Positions 1 through 14,500 are shown, numbered from the stretch's first letter. The stretch is DNA of 64,000 nucleotides from Malacoraja senta (GCA_038087875.1 CM075988.1:25298001-25362000); one strand, 5' to 3'. Numbers and translations: made by a program. The notes: generated from the letters alone by a model not told the origin.

Positions 1-79
1 TTGGTCAGCATAGATGAGTTGAGCCAACGGCTATGTTTCCATGCTGTTTTATTCCATGACTCACATCAATGAAAATGTG

Positions 80-335
80 AAAGTGAGGAAAAACCTCTTC
101 ACCCAGCAAGTTGTGAATGTGGAATTCTCTGCCACAAAAGGCAGTGGAGGCCAATTCACTGGATGTTTTCAAGAGAGAGTTAATTTAGCTCTTAAGGCTA
201 AAGGAATCAAGGGATATGGGGAAATAGCAGGAACGGGGTACTGATTTTAGATGATCAGCCATGATCATCAGCTGGCTCGAAGGGCCAAATGTCCTACTTC
301 TACACCTATTTTTTCTATGTTCTATGTTTCTATGT
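80..335 (+). mobile_element. CR1 3' end fragment
   Basis: …KGIKGYGEIAGTGY*, GATCAGCCATGATCAT, (TTCTATGT)n tail. Confidence 0.8.
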
Positions 336-898
336 TAAACAGCAAATATCTCAACATATCCTTGCAAAATGCCACAAGTCAAAGTACCTACCCTTTCTTT
401 CCCAGTCTCCAGGCACTGCAGACATTTTCCAACTGAATTAAAAAGGCTACAATTTGACAAACCTCAACACCAATGAATGCTGCCTTATGAGAGAGAATTG
501 ACTTATCTTAAACACGCTCAAGATTTTAGTTCTCACCCGATTTCCCCCTTTGTTGCTTACTATCAAATGTTATTAATTCACAGAAAATGTCACATGTCAT
601 TTAAGGTAGAGTGTGGATAGGTGCTGGGGAAAAAGAGGGGGAGGAGGGGTGTAGTTTTACTTGAACCAAGTATTAACGGTTATAAGGCTAAATTATTCAT
701 GTTGTTTAGTTAAAAACAGTATTTTGCAAAAATTCCTTAATTATCTGAATTACCAGAGCAGATAAATCATTAGATTTCAGGCAAATTCCAACTTTTTTTA
801 TTGTGAAAGTGAATATTTTGGGAAGAAATTGAAATTATACAGCAGTATGACAAATCACTATTTTATTTCAGTATTTACTTTTTAAATGTTCAACCTAC

Positions 899-1015
899 CG
901 AACTGGTGAGAAGTCCATCCAGGAATGGATTATCACGGGCAAGTGCCACAATCACCTTGCTTTTCTCTCCAGCCCAATGAACAACCAATTGACCGTGCGA
1001 ATCATTGAGGTTCAC
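899..1015 (-). CDS. SORL1: SORL1-family receptor, coding exon 2 (start of VPS10 domain)
   Basis: Not in the ORF track; read manually. ctgcag|GTG...TCG|gtaggt, 117 nt, phase 0/0, [39 protein letters not shown], matching recalled human SORL1 [39 protein letters not shown]. Joins exon 1 in frame. Ortholog versus paralog unresolved. Confidence 0.93.
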
Positions 1016-2636
1016 CTGCAGTTTTAAAAAAAATGCAGTAGAATTAGTACCGATCAATCATTCACAGTTGAAAATAGTTCCAGCACGACGCCATTAAAAA
1101 TAGATCCAGCAAAATCTAGAAGATACACAATTGTCCAGAAAAGAACAAATCTATTTGGCATAAAACACAAAGCCCTAGAGTAACTCAGCGGGTCAGGCAG
1201 CATCCGTGGAGGATATAATGTTTCTGGTCAGGATCCTTCTTCATATCTATTTGGGCCTACTTGTCTACATTATTTATGCATCATATTGTGTTCTTCCCAC
1301 TCTATATCTAACCTCATTAATGCCTCTAATGCTTTCACTTTCAAGTGTCTATCCAGCCTCACCTCAAGTACGTCTAGATTTGTCACCTCAACTATCCCTT
1401 GCAGTAATGAGCTTCAAATTCTAATTAATTTCAAAGTAAGTCTCAGAATGTCAACCTTGATTTATTTGTGGCCATTTTCTTTTAAATACCAGTCTTTGAT
1501 TGACCTTCAAACGATGACTAATCAAACTTTGTCACTATAGCCAAGTACGTCAGATCATCCCTCAGTCTTATCTTTTCCAGAGAACATATTCTCCTGCCTG
1601 TTCATACTTTCTTTCTTAATTCTGGTAACATCCTAGTGAATCACTTTTTTCTCCACTTATATATCTTTTTTAATTAAGGAGACCGTCACTTCACAGTATA
1701 TCAAGCATGGTCTAATTTATTCGACACAATTCATATTTCTTTGCTTTGCAGTTTTCTCAAACGACTTATTCGCCAATAACATGACCTTAATCTTCTGCAA
1801 AATGCATCCTTCCCTGCAAAATGCACTTTGATGCAACACATTCATTTAAGATAGTAGGATATTACACAGATGGTCTGCAGAAAAGCAAATCATAATCATA
1901 CTTGGCTAATAAATTATGTTTTGCAACAAACGAGGAATTTGGCTTGCCATATAGTCATACCGAAAAAGCAACAAGACACACAACTACTTAACAAATTGAC
2001 ATAAACATCCACCACAGTGGCCCCTCCACATTCCCCAATGTGATGGAAGGCAATAAAGTCTTATCTTCTTTCCCCCTTTTCTCCCGCAATCGGGGGAGTC
2101 GAACCATCTGCAGTCGGGGCGATTGAAACTGCCGCAGCCGGAGATCAAAGCTCCCGACAGTAACTATTTTTATAAAATGTATTTTTTCCGGGCGTGGGAG
2201 TGTCACTGGCTGAAGCAATTCCCATCACATTTAAGTATCCACTCTACAAACAGATACAAAAAAAGATCTTCCCATTCACCAATTTTAACCCTTCAACAAA
2301 AAGGGGTAATAATTCAAGGATGTGCAGCTAATTTGAACATCTGCAACAGGCACTATGTTTGGAAAAGATGTTCTGTACTCACAATAATACTCTTCTAATG
2401 GCACCTGTTATACGCATGATTTTTTTTGGCAATTGTTGCCAGTAACAAAAACTTTTACGCTTTGTTTTCTGCATTATTTAGGATGAAAAATTCTAAAGAT
2501 ACGAGATTAACAAAGTATCACTACAGAACTACGATCAGAACTTTGCACACATTTTTTCATCATGGTTTCAAACCATTTGAACAGTCATCAACTGCTGAGA
2601 CCCCATCACTTTGAACCAGAAACATACAGCCTAGAT

Positions 2637-2996
2637 CAGGGGTGGGGAACCTGCGCATGCGGCCTTCTAGGCCATTAAGTGCGGCCTTTTGAATTAATCC
2701 AAATTTTGTCGAACAAATCTTTTTATTATTATTAATATGTTTTTGTTCATCTTTTATTATTTTTATTTTAATCTTAAAATGAACGTATTTAAAATACCAA
2801 AGAGTAAAAGCAGATTCAACTAAATAATCCTCCCCGACTGACGGCCACAATTAAAACATTAGTAAGTCATGAGGGCCATTTTAACAAAATAATGTACATT
2901 TTGAAGTATATCTAATTGAAGATTCTTGGATGCGGCCTTATTAGATTACAGCTAACTTAATGCGGCATTCCACCATGAAAAGGTTCCCCACCCCTG
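2637..2996. mobile_element. hAT (Charlie-like) MITE, 360 bp
   Basis: Perfect 16 bp TIR CAGGGGTGGGGAACCT; perfect 8 bp TSD GCCTAGAT (2629-2636, 2997-3004). Confidence 0.92.
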
Positions 2997-3091
2997 GCCT
3001 AGATCAATAAAGGGGTCAGCAGAGAAAGGGGGGGAAGAAATTAGGTTTGTAACCCTATTTATTCGATTATTCCTGTGTCATCGCTTTTAGA

Positions 3092-3306
3092 GAGAGTCAA
3101 GAGTGTTTTATTGTCATACGCCTCAGATAGAACAATGACATTCTTACTTGCAGCAGCACAACACAATATATAAACATAGTACACTGTAAACAATATGATA
3201 AACGAGAAGAAAAGTTCAGTGTGTGTAGATATACACATACTCACAAATACACACACATATATACACACACACACATACGTACACACAAAAAAACAAAACA
3301 ATGGTG
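3092..3306 (-). mobile_element. 3' tail of a non-LTR retroelement with short internal CA repeat (uninterrupted relative of 32524-32790)
   Basis: Clear similarity to 32620-32790 in opposite orientation; AATAAA followed by a CTTGACTCT-type tail. Confidence 0.65.
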
Positions 3307-4087
3307 ACATATGAACAAATAGCTTAGTCACATGTGGACAAAAAAAAAATTAAGTTTCTAGGAAAACCATTAATCCAGTGCCAGACCTTTGGACTTTCCA
3401 AATCACTGGATGTTGTTCAAAATGCAGTAAACCTGCGATTATCCATCACGCTCACAATTTTCTTGGGGCTAGATAACCAGATTTTCAAGAGTATAGATTG
3501 GCATTTGTACACACTTTCATTTCACTTCTTTTACACAGTGGGATATGTTTGAGTTGTTTCTTGTGCCTCCTTCTCTGCCTACATTCTCTGCTTTTTTGAT
3601 CTTATTAGGACACACTGCATTATTTGTGCACCAATTACATTCTCAACAACTTCTTGTTTCTCATCTTCATCAAACCATTCTTCCACTACTTCTGCAAATT
3701 TGCTCCCATATTCCTCAGTAAAAGCCCATCGGGTCATTTTCACAATGTCCCCGAGATCATTTTGTCCAACATTGAGTTGAATCCCTCAAACCCTTCTTTG
3801 TCTGAAGAACATTCCCAAGTTTCACATTGGGCCATATTTTCCTCCATGATCTACACAGGAGTATTATATTCTTCACTATGCTAAAAGTAGTATCACAAAT
3901 AGTATCTACAAGAATAACTGAAGCTCAAAAAAACCTGTACACAGTCATCAGAATTGAGCAGGTTGTGAATAAATGATTCCTTGCAGGCACTTTGAACCGT
4001 ACCGTGCAGTGAAATGATCAGGCAGCTATTCAGCAGGCATATTCCCAGAAACAAGTTCTCAAGCAGGATGGTATGTCCTCTAATTAT

Positions 4088-4266
4088 GTTCAGGAAGGAA
4101 CTGCAGATGCTGGAAAATCGAAGGTAGACAAAAATGCTCGAGAAACTCAGCGGGTGCAGCAGCATCTATGGAGCGAAGGAAATAGGCAACGTTTCGGACC
4201 GAAACATTGCCTATTTCCTTCGCTCCATAGATGCTGCCGCACCCGCTGAGTTTCTCCAGCATTTTT
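4088..4266. mobile_element. Fold-back Penelope-type short element
   Basis: Palindrome centred on GGCAACGTTTCGGACCGAAACATTGCC; TSD GTATG(T/C)CCTCTAATTAT at 4071-4087 and 4267-4283. Confidence 0.75.
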
Positions 4267-4702
4267 GTATGCCCTCTAATTATCTTATTGAAGAATAGCT
4301 GCCCTACTCATAGTAAGCCTGGGCTTTTAAAAAAAATTTTGTCATAGTGTCACAGTGATACAGTGTGAAAACAGGCCCTTCGGCCCAACTTGCCCACACC
4401 GGCCGTCTTGAACAAGATGGAACCTCTGGAACAAGATGAAAACAAAACTCTCAAAGAGTTCCAGAGTGACATAGCTGTGTCCTTGGGCTTTGCACGTGAA
4501 TGTGTGAGAAAGCAGCCCGGGGCTTTCAATAGTTATTTACCAACAACAAAGTTTTGATTTGTATCTACCAGAAGCAGTTCCACAAGGACTGTGATCTTGT
4601 CCTTGTTGAACTTAAAATCCCACGCATATTTTTCACCTTTTCTAGTTAACGTGCAGTTTGCCGTGGTAGTCTGCAACCCAATGGTACGAACATTGAATTT
4701 TC

Positions 4703-5482
4703 CGAAGGGTTTCGGCCCGAAACCTTGCCTATCTCCTTCACTCCATAGATGCTGCTGCACCCGCTGAGTTGCTCCAGCATTTTTGTGTACCTTCGATTTT
4801 CCAGCATCTGCAGTTCCTTCTTTAACACTCTCCTCTGGTGTGTTTTGTTTCCACCTTTCTCCCATTCTGATCTTCCCTTATTTTGGGTCCCTTTTTCAAT
4901 ACAACTCCTCCAGCTGCCCATCAGCCATTTTCATCCCATACGCGTGCACACACACACACGCACACGGACAAGCTCCTTCCTCCGCCATTTGCTTGTACTT
5001 CACCTCTTCCCTAATGTCTCCCAGTATCACCTTCCATATTTATCAGATTCCAGTACTGGTAACCTTTGTCATGGAGTCATACTTTGTGTCCCCGCTTATC
5101 ACCCGGCAGCAGCTATCTCCACCATCATCCTCTCCTCATCTGATTCAATCTGGTTTTTTTCCCTTCTTATGCCAGCCTTCATCCATCGTCCACCTTCCTC
5201 TGCCTCCCAGCTCCATTCGACACCTCCCAACGTGGCCTCCCTATATGACCCAATATGCCCATCGTCATTCACCTCGAATAGCCCCACCAATCATCTCTTG
5301 CTTCGTCTCATCACACCCATCTCCTTTTCACCGTGGCTATCTCCCTCTCAACTCTCAGACCTAATGCTTGGTGTTGACCCGAAATGTCAGCCATTCCTTC
5401 CCACTCACAGGTACTGCTGAACCCATGGAGTTCTTCTAACGGATTGTTTGTTGCTCCAGATTCCAGTATCGACCATCTCTTG
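4703..5482 (+). mobile_element. Penelope-type terminal-repeat fragments (two units separated by pyrimidine-rich sequence)
   Basis: Two copies of the …CCCGAAA…GATGCTGC…CTCCAGCA…CCAGCATCTGCAG unit at ~4703-4825 and ~5360-5482. Confidence 0.55.
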
Positions 5483-6828
5483 TGTCGCATCATAACATGC
5501 CTTGTCCATATTGTAAACTTAGTCAGCTGCCAGTTTATGCTCAAAAGAATTAAAAGCTCAAAAGAATCATCCAATTCCTCATCAGCTGTGTTAATCTCCA
5601 AATTGAAATAGCCAGTCTATGAAAGAAACGATGATCATTAAAGTTACACAACTAATCGTCAAAAAAAACTACCTGCATTACATGTTTAATATCCTTTATT
5701 TTTTCTGCAAGATATCTCCAGTTTTCACTATATACTTGTTAACTGTATCAAACACATCCAAATTAGTATGCCGATCCAGCTGATTGGCTCATCTATGAAC
5801 ACTCGACTGCAAAACACATGTTCCAATCACAAAGCAAAAAGTTGCATGACATCAAACACCTTTAGAGCTGGATGGAACAAAACATTTTTCAGGAAGATCG
5901 AAATACCGCAAATGCAAACAGCAAGCTTCCTAGTTGTTCCTGAACAATGCAATGTGCCCAAGACCACAAGAATTGGGCGCAAAAGAGTTGTAGATGTGGT
6001 CCAGTCCATCACACAGACCAAACTTCCCAACATTGACTCCGTCTACACTTCATGCAGCCTTGGAGAAGCAGCCAAGGTAATCAAAGCTTTGTCCGCCAGA
6101 CCCAGTTACCAGACCCCTGGTTCAATCACATTGATCTACATGCTGTTGCTTCCCTTGACAACCTTCCTCACTGTCCACACCTTAACGTATATTTTTTGGT
6201 CATCTGCAAACTTTCTAAACCAACCCATTAAATGAATGCATGCTTATATCACAAACCCCAGAGGTCACAGCACTGATGGAACACCAAAGGTCAAAGGTGG
6301 ATAAACACTTTTCACCACCACTGCCTTCCAAATTAAGAGAGTTTGGAATCCAAATACCAAGTCACCGTGGATCCCATGCATATCAATCTTCTGAATCTCC
6401 ATGACAAATGCCTTACTAAAGTCCATGCAGGCAACATTAAACTACCGTGCCCTCATTAATCACCTTCATCACCTCCTCAAAACACTCAATTAAGTTTGAA
6501 AGATATGACCTGCCCTTGCACCCAATTAGGTAATCTTCTTCAAAACGTGAGTAACTCCTACCCTGAAGAATCCTCCCCAATTGCTTCCTGCCATTTAGGT
6601 GAGGCTCACTGGTCTATCATTTTCTGGATTATGCCTCTTTCCCTTCCTAAGGAGAGGAACAACCATGGCTACTGTTAGCAGGAGAATGGTACGCTGCTCC
6701 ACCCCACCCTGCTTGCGGTAACTGATTTAAATGCTAGTACTTATCTGTAATTTCACACTGAAAGTTGAGCTGCACAGCAGAGATCACTAATATGCTAACA
6801 TTCACTCACCAGGCAAGTTAAATCTGGG

Positions 6829-7021
6829 AGACACAAAATGCTGGAGTAACCCAGCAGGTCAGACAGCATCTCTGGAGAAAAAGAATAGGTGATGGTTTGA
6901 GTCGAGACCCAAAACATCACCTATTCCTTTTCTCCAGAGATACTGTCTGACCCATTGAATTACTTCAGCAAAGTGTGTCTACCTACGGTTTAAACCAGCA
7001 TCTGCAGTTCCTTCCTACACA
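6829..7021. mobile_element. Fold-back Penelope-type short element
   Basis: Inverted arms GACACAAAATGCTGGAGTAA…/…TTACTTCAGCAAAGTGTGTC around GTCGAGACCC; ends CTGCAGTTCCTTCCTACACA. Confidence 0.7.
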
Positions 7022-8981
7022 AGTAAACTCTGTTAGTGCTTTCAGGAGCTGGAATCTTCCAGCCTTTGCATGGGTGGAAACTCCAACAATAGTTAGTCTT
7101 AAGGTGAAATTTAGCTGCAAAGCTAAAACTGCTGAATGGCTGCAGGCTGACTAAGACCCCAGGAAGGAATTGTATCAATGGCTCAGTTTAGGGCTCTGGA
7201 CGGGGAAAAATGTTTGGGGAAGAAGTGAGCAAGTTGTGCGTGAGGGAGAGGGGTGGTGCAAAACAATGGGAGTGATGTTACAGCTGCAGCTTTATCTTAC
7301 AAAATCTGTTAATTATATGATGCACTTGAAATAGCTTCTTGTATCTAACAACACATCTGCTGAAAGATAGTTATTCAACCAAAATGAGCTGAACTCCAAT
7401 TACTGATCTGGAATACAGGTATGTACAACTGATAAGCTGATGACGAAGACAAAAGACACCACAGATGCTAGAACCTGAACTTTTAAAAAAGAGAGCTGTT
7501 GAGAAACTCAGCTGTTGACGACTTTGAATGAAGTGATGTAAAGCAGGACCCAATTTTTGCCCCACCGCTCCAAACTGACTGCTAATTCTAATAGTCATAA
7601 CTTGAAGGGAGAGTGCACCAAAGACCATTAAACTACCAATTACAAAAGGTAAAAATATAAAATATAATATTATTTGCTGACAGAATGCATCATTTTGTCC
7701 TAGTAATGCTCCACGGTGTTTTAACTCTGAAGATCTGGGAGCACTGTATTTAAAAAGTGATAACAGACTGTAAATTTAAGAGGCAGATTTTGGTAATGGA
7801 AAAGTACAAATATGCAAATCTATTTTACAACATAATTAGATGTTTTTCAGTTTTCAAGACCTCAGTCAATTTAATTAGACTGCTATCATGGTGAAGACCA
7901 ACTTATTTTTCATTTAATAAAGGGAAATCAAGTGCCAGGCCTTGCCTGGGAGGTTGATAAAACTATTTTTGGAACTTGTGGTATCATGGCATCAGCAGCA
8001 TGTTGGTCACATAAACCCGACACCCTACTCCCAATCTCATGGCACAAGATTCACTGGAGGGCATGACTGTTAAACTCCACTGAGAAGTTCAGTAGGCTCT
8101 CCACGATTGTGTCATATACGTTGCGGCAGTTATACAAGTTGGAAGCCAGCCCAGGGCAAGCTGAATGTTTCAGACCGCTATTGCACCTATCAATATAACC
8201 ATGGACAGGTGCACAAGTGACAGCTAGTTGGTTTTTTTCTCCTCGTGGTTGTTCTCACCCTATCTGCCACAACCTGTCTGGCATCTGTATTGTGCAGGAC
8301 TTAAACAGTTGAAATCTATTTCTCTGTTAATGACACAAACCACAAACTGAATTGGCCTCTTGAGGAATAGTATTTTCATCCATTTATCTTCGTTAAGTGC
8401 AAAAGCCTATCTGCAGTGAAATACAATACTCCCAGAGAAACATTTAAGAATAGAAAGGGATATTTGAAGATGGAATTGCTACAAATCATTTAGTTAGATA
8501 TTTCCCCAGCACTATTGACATTCTCCAAAACTTTATAAAAACCCAGCGTTTTATTCAGACGTGCAAGGGCTTACTTTCATTTGGTGTGAAGGATTCCAGC
8601 GTTTAAAATAAAAAGGATCACTTAGAAACCCTGCAGTCAAAAAGAACCTTTAACAAAGGGAAGAACAACAACTTTTAGTCTGACAGCTTAGATGGCAAGC
8701 AGAAAATTTAGAATGCTTCACACCGTCAGTTGTATCACGGTTGGTAGCATTTTCACGGTGTCAGAATAAACCTTCTCGGGAATTTTAAGAAGACATTTCT
8801 AGATTGATGCTCTAACTCACCGTCAAGGGACTGCTACACTGTTTTCACATTATGTATTGCACAGAGGTCTTGTTTTCCTTATAAGAGACAAGGCACTGTA
8901 TCACAGCAAAGCAGGAGAGTTTATTCTCAGATACAGATGCTCCCCGATTTACGGATCCAAGAACCAGAGGACATAGCCTTA

Positions 8982-9230
8982 ATGTGCAGAAAGTAACTGC
9001 AGATGCTGGTCTATACCGAAGATAGACACAAAAAGTGCTGGAGTAACTCAGCAGGTCAGGTAGCATCTCTGGAGAAAAAGGATGGGTGACGTTTTGGGTC
9101 GGGACCCTTCTTCAGACTGAAAGTAGACTGGAGGGAACTGGACATAAGAAAAGGCCAGAACGAAGCAGGGCTGGCGACTGCTGATAGTTGGTGAGGGGTA
9201 GTGGGGGAGATGGGGGGGGGGGGGGGTAGT
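8982..9230 (-). mobile_element. Penelope-type terminal fragment with hammerhead-like motif
   Basis: Minus strand 9083-9120 reads CAGT-CTGAAGA-A-GGGTCCCGACCC-AAAA-CGTC-ACC. Confidence 0.65.
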
Positions 9231-10481
9231 GTTTGGTCTTCTGAATTCAGGAGTTTGAAGATATTTGGTTGATATCACGGTGTTGAAGGCGGAGCGAGAG
9301 TCACCAATGCATGCTCCACAACTAACAGTAAACAATCAGATGCCAGAGTGAAGGATCTGCCAAAGCCATTATTGATCAGCATAAAGCAATAATCTTCCAT
9401 GCCAAATGTCAAAGCATTCTACCCCAACATTAATATTTAGCTATTCTGTCCACCTATACTCATGCCAGCTCTCTACAAGAATTCAGAGGTTCCCATTCTC
9501 TGCCTCGTTACCTGCAGCTCTACCAGTTCTTTCTCCCTTAAGCATCTATCCACTCAACCTTGGACAGGCAAAATTAAACCTGGTTTCACCACCCTTTCAG
9601 GCAGCCAACTCCAAAGCATCCTATGATTACTTAATGTGAGGATGTGGCAGTTTGGGGAAATCTACATGGGAATCACCTAGTTCTTTTCACCAAACTTGAA
9701 ATTTGTTTCTTTTGATTGGAGCTTCTGCCAATTGAAATTGAAATGGACACAAAATGCTGGATTAACAGAATTCCGAACTTCAGAACCCAGTTTAAAGAAG
9801 GGTCTCGACCCGAAACATCACCCATTTCTTCTCTCCAGAGATGCTGCCTGTCCCGCTGAGTTACTCCAGCATTTTGTGTCTATCTTCAGTGTAAACCTGC
9901 ATCTGCAGTTTCTTCCTATAAATTTTAAAAGATACATTTCACACATTCCTAGTTGTTCAGTGTATTGGTGGTCCCAAAATCATGCAAGGTGAAACATAAA
10001 TCATGTAAGGTGAAACATAAATATCATATCAAGTCACCATATAATGGATAGGATAGGTTTAGAGGACTATGGGTCAAACGCAGGCAAGTAGGACTATTGT
10101 AGATGGGACAAGTGGTCAGTGTAGGCGTGGGCCGAAGGGCCTGTTTCCACACCATATGACTCTATGACTAAGTTAAAATATATTGCATCAGACAACATTT
10201 GTATGCAACCGATTCATGAACCAATGAGAAGGGAGGCAGAATGAGGAACATGCATGAAGAACTCCCACAAGTTCCTGCAAGTCAAAACCTATTGCACAAT
10301 TGACTGTAATTTTAGAACTTCCTCATCCAATTTAGCAACAAAGGGAAAACAAGTTACCACGTCAAACAAATGATCACATCAAAAAACAATTGTTGAAATA
10401 ATGATCTTTTTTTTTTAGACACACCAAATTATTTAGAGCCGACAAATGTAGTTAAGTTTTATTAGTTTAAGACAAATGTAG

Positions 10482-11334
10482 ACCCCTAGGGGGCGCTGTC
10501 CTGTGTGCGGCTGCCCAGCCAGCAGCTGTCTGTCCTTTCATCTTTATTTTTTATTTTAGTTAGTATAGTGTTTTGTTTTGGAGGTCTAGACTTTTTTGTG
10601 TGGGGGGGTGGGTGGGTGGGGGGGGAAGGGGGAAACTACCTTACAGGGTCCCTACCTGGCCGGAGAGGCAGCTTTTCTCCGGGCTGCAGCTTCGACCCGT
10701 CCTCGCGGCCTACCAGCGGGCCTGGAGCGGCGTTTCCTGTCGGGGACCGCCCAGAACCTCGGCTTCGGGGGCGGCACATCGCGGAGCGGGCGATGCCTTG
10801 CCCGGGTCGCCGCACTGGAGCTCCGGTGAGCTGAGGATCGCTGGAGAAAACATCGCGGAGCTGCGGTACTGTGGAGCGACCAGCTGCGGGCGGCGGCGCT
10901 GAACTTTACACCGGGAGCCTGGGATCTCTAGATGAGATCGCCAGTTGTGGAGCTCCAACCGGCGCGGCCTTGTTGGCTTCGGAAGCCGTAGCCCCCAGTG
11001 CGGAAGCGGCCGTTCCAGGGTTCCCAGGCCGCTGGGTGGACTCTCCCGACACCGGAGCAACATCACCCGGCGAGAACGACCTGGAACATCGGGCCTCCGT
11101 AGAGGCAACTGTGGAGGCCTCAATGGGCCCGACTATGGGTGAACTGGGGTTGGGGACTGGATTTTGTGCCTTCCCTCATGGTGGGAGCCATTGTGGGGGG
11201 ATGTTCAGTGTTAAGACTATCTTGGTGTTATGTCTGTATTCTCTTTTTTGTGTGCTGCATAATGGCAAAAAGCATTTCACTTCACTACACCTGGGTGTAT
11301 GTGAATGTGACTAATAAAAATACCTTGACCTTGA
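10482..11334 (+). mobile_element. GC/CpG-rich non-coding retroposon-like insertion with AATAAA and (CCTTGA)n tail
   Basis: Abrupt CpG-rich block in an AT-rich intron; ends AATAAAAATACCTTGACCTTGA at the gap; its ORFs show no recognisable domain. Confidence 0.55.
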
Positions 11335-11534
11335 NNNNNNNNNNNNNNNNNNNNNNNNNNNNNNNNNNNNNNNNNNNNNNNNNNNNNNNNNNNNNNNNNN
11401 NNNNNNNNNNNNNNNNNNNNNNNNNNNNNNNNNNNNNNNNNNNNNNNNNNNNNNNNNNNNNNNNNNNNNNNNNNNNNNNNNNNNNNNNNNNNNNNNNNNN
11501 NNNNNNNNNNNNNNNNNNNNNNNNNNNNNNNNNN
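11335..11534. other. Assembly gap (200 N)
   Basis: Run of N; CCTTGA occurs on both sides. Confidence 1.
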
Positions 11535-14500
11535 CCTTGATGTATTCAATTTCCTCTCACTGTGGATGAAATTGCAAGTTTAATTTGAAAAGATTCAATA
11601 AAGTTGCCTTAATTGAGTGAGCAGCAAAAACCAATTACAGCAAGTTTCAGAACCAAGTAACATGTAATTTAGCTTCGACAACTCCCTCGATTGAGATAAT
11701 GCTTCTGGATCCTTTCAAATTCAATAAGAAACTTCATGATTTTATGTATTTCACAGAAGTGAGATTTAGCTCACTGAAGAGAACATATATACATTTGCCT
11801 TAATCAAAAAGCACAATTAGATCTGCAGGCTCTCTCCAAACTTTGAATTACTATACATTAAAAACACTGAGCAAATAAAATACTCACAATTTAAAAAAAA
11901 TTAAATAGTTTTTACGCATTCTTTACAATGGGATTTTTTACAACCATTAATGACATTAATTTTCATTGAGCAAAAAAGAGGCACCTATGCATAGTAAAGA
12001 CTAAGCCAAAATTACAAAATAATGCCTGTGGTTTTGGGCAGTCTATTACCAAAAGTACATGAAAAGTCATACCAAGCCACAAAGCTTAGATTTACCTGGA
12101 TGCCAAGTTACTCCTTGGGTTTTGAATTGCTGGGAACCCCCCCCCCCCCCCCCCCCCCCCCCTGGATAGTAGGTCAGCTAAGTTCTTTGTTCACAAAGTC
12201 TAATCAAACATACTTTCATGGGATGAAAACAGAAAGATTCTGTGGAAAGGACATCAGTTGAAAACTGGTACCATTTAAAAAAAATGATAAGAAATATTCA
12301 TAATTAAGAAAACATTGAATAAACACTTTGACAGTGGGAGTTGAAGGAATACAAACAGTTCATCCAAGGAAAAAATAGATATCGAAGCTGGGGAAGATAA
12401 AGCATGATGGAGAATACACATCTTTAGAATTCATCTTGGATTGTAAAAATGAGCTAAATTTCTTTTTTCGGTGAAATACATAAAATTAGAAATGGAGTAG
12501 GCCGTTCAGTCCTTCAACTACACTCATAAATATTATCACTCATTTTCCACATCAACAACACTTTCCTGCACTAGCCCTATTTTTACAAAATTCACATAAA
12601 CACCAAAAAATGGTCATCAAATAACCATCAAATGATCAGTCACTTATTTGGTTGGTCCAGCTGAAGTAAACATCATCCGAACATCTGCCCTGTTCAGTTC
12701 TGAAGAACTGTTTCAATGAGATGACACCATTCTAAATTAGAGGGAACTTGGCTCACTGTTTATTCTGTTTATTAGATGGAGTTAGTTTTTCTATCTTACA
12801 ATCTGTGCAAACTATTTTACAAACAACAGACTAGCCATAAACATCACTTTCAAAACCTTAGGATGCAGATCATCAGATCTTGGGACTTCATGGCTTATTG
12901 ATGTTAGAAGAACCCACAGAACTGTAATGAAGCCAAAAATCAATATCAAGAATCCCATGGAGGAGAGGAATGGGATATTTACCTTCTCCTTGTCAGCCAA
13001 GGCTGGATTACTTTTCTATGGATATGCTCATAGAACCTATTTTTTTTGTAAGGAAAATGCAGTGTAACAAATGGAGGCAGGGCCTGTCATTAATACTTGC
13101 CACTTCCATGCAACAGCTCAACAAACCTCAATTCCCCAAGTATCCAGAGATCTAATTGATCTTGAGTTCAAATTAACTCTATGAGCAACTTTGCACAGCC
13201 TTGAGAAATTGAATCAATGCTTCAGATATCTGAAGCCCTCCTTCTTACACAATCTCTCCAGCCACTCATTCATTTGCTTCATCCATCTATTCTTCTACTT
13301 ATTATTAGGTAGCCATGTGATAAAGCCCAAGATTTGCCTTTCATTTTAACCTATTTCCTAGCTTCATAAAATTTGCCACGACCCAATTACTTTTTCTGTC
13401 TAGGTTGTTGGAAAAGACGCGAGCCACAGCTTTTGTTTCTTAACAATCCCGTTGTGGGACACTCTACAGCCTTTTTAGAGACATCCTTGACCCTACCACC
13501 AGGAAGGCAACATAAGAATCCCTTATCAGCATTGCCCTCTCACTCTTCTTCCAGTCATCCCGCATAGTTAAACTACAGTAGGGCCCCAATTAAATGGGAC
13601 TTTTTTTCCCCAAGAGAGTCTTTTTTAAATAATATTACAGACAGACATATTTCTATTATAGGTTATTGTTGTTCATCTTCTGTGTCAGAATGTTCTCTTT
13701 CATGAAAATACAATGCAATTCAGAATTCAGAAGAGGAGGGAAGGAAAAATGAGGAAACAAAGAAAGCCAACAGTGCTGTTATGAAGATGACCACATTTTT
13801 TTTTATAGCTAATAAAATATTTTTAATTACCTCAGATAACCTATAATTCACTTCATGGCACATTAAGTAACCAGCAGCAACCATTTCTGTAAGTGGGCCT
13901 ACATGAATTCCCACATGACAGTACAACACGAAACAGTGTTGTTCAACACATTAGCTGCATGTTCAGAAATTGAAATTTTCTATTAACAATGAATAAAATT
14001 AATGTCTTCATTGTAAATGCACATCACTACTATATATCCATAATTTCTGCACATGTATTTTACTCTTATGTTCACTGACTAAACAGGAAGACAGAAAGTA
14101 GGCAAATACTTTATTTAACGTCCATTTCATTTTCTTCGTTTCCACTTACTAGTTATCTGATAAAATTGTGCAACAGGCAAGTGAAAATAACATATGTTCG
14201 CACCATGGGACCATTAGCAAGATTGTATGGGGGATGCTCTATCACCAAGCGGAAATCGCTCCAGGCTAGCAGAGGAAAGCCATCTCTACCATTAACAAAA
14301 CCCATTGGAATTGCTTGTTGCGACAAAGGTCAAGGAACACCCAACCATGTTCTGCATTGGGATAAAGGGAAATCTTGGAAGTCCTGTGGGAATCAACATT
14401 GCGAACAGATCACTCTAATGAAGTCAGAAAGCACCAGTCACAAGCAGCACTAAGATGTGCTATGTGTATGTCTGTTAAATGCAGGGCAGAATTCCAACTT

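Noticed and set aside
4749..5420. 223 aa and 193 aa Pro/Ser/Leu-rich ORFs
   Set aside because: Pyrimidine-rich Penelope-type remnant; low-complexity translation.
10505..11314. Several overlapping GC-rich ORFs
   Set aside because: Expected from high GC in a repeat; no domain or exon structure.
12137..12162. Poly-C/G runs (also ~9212-9226, ~38550-38573, ~63149-63173)
   Set aside because: Simple homopolymers of unreliable length; G-quadruplex potential alone is not informative.
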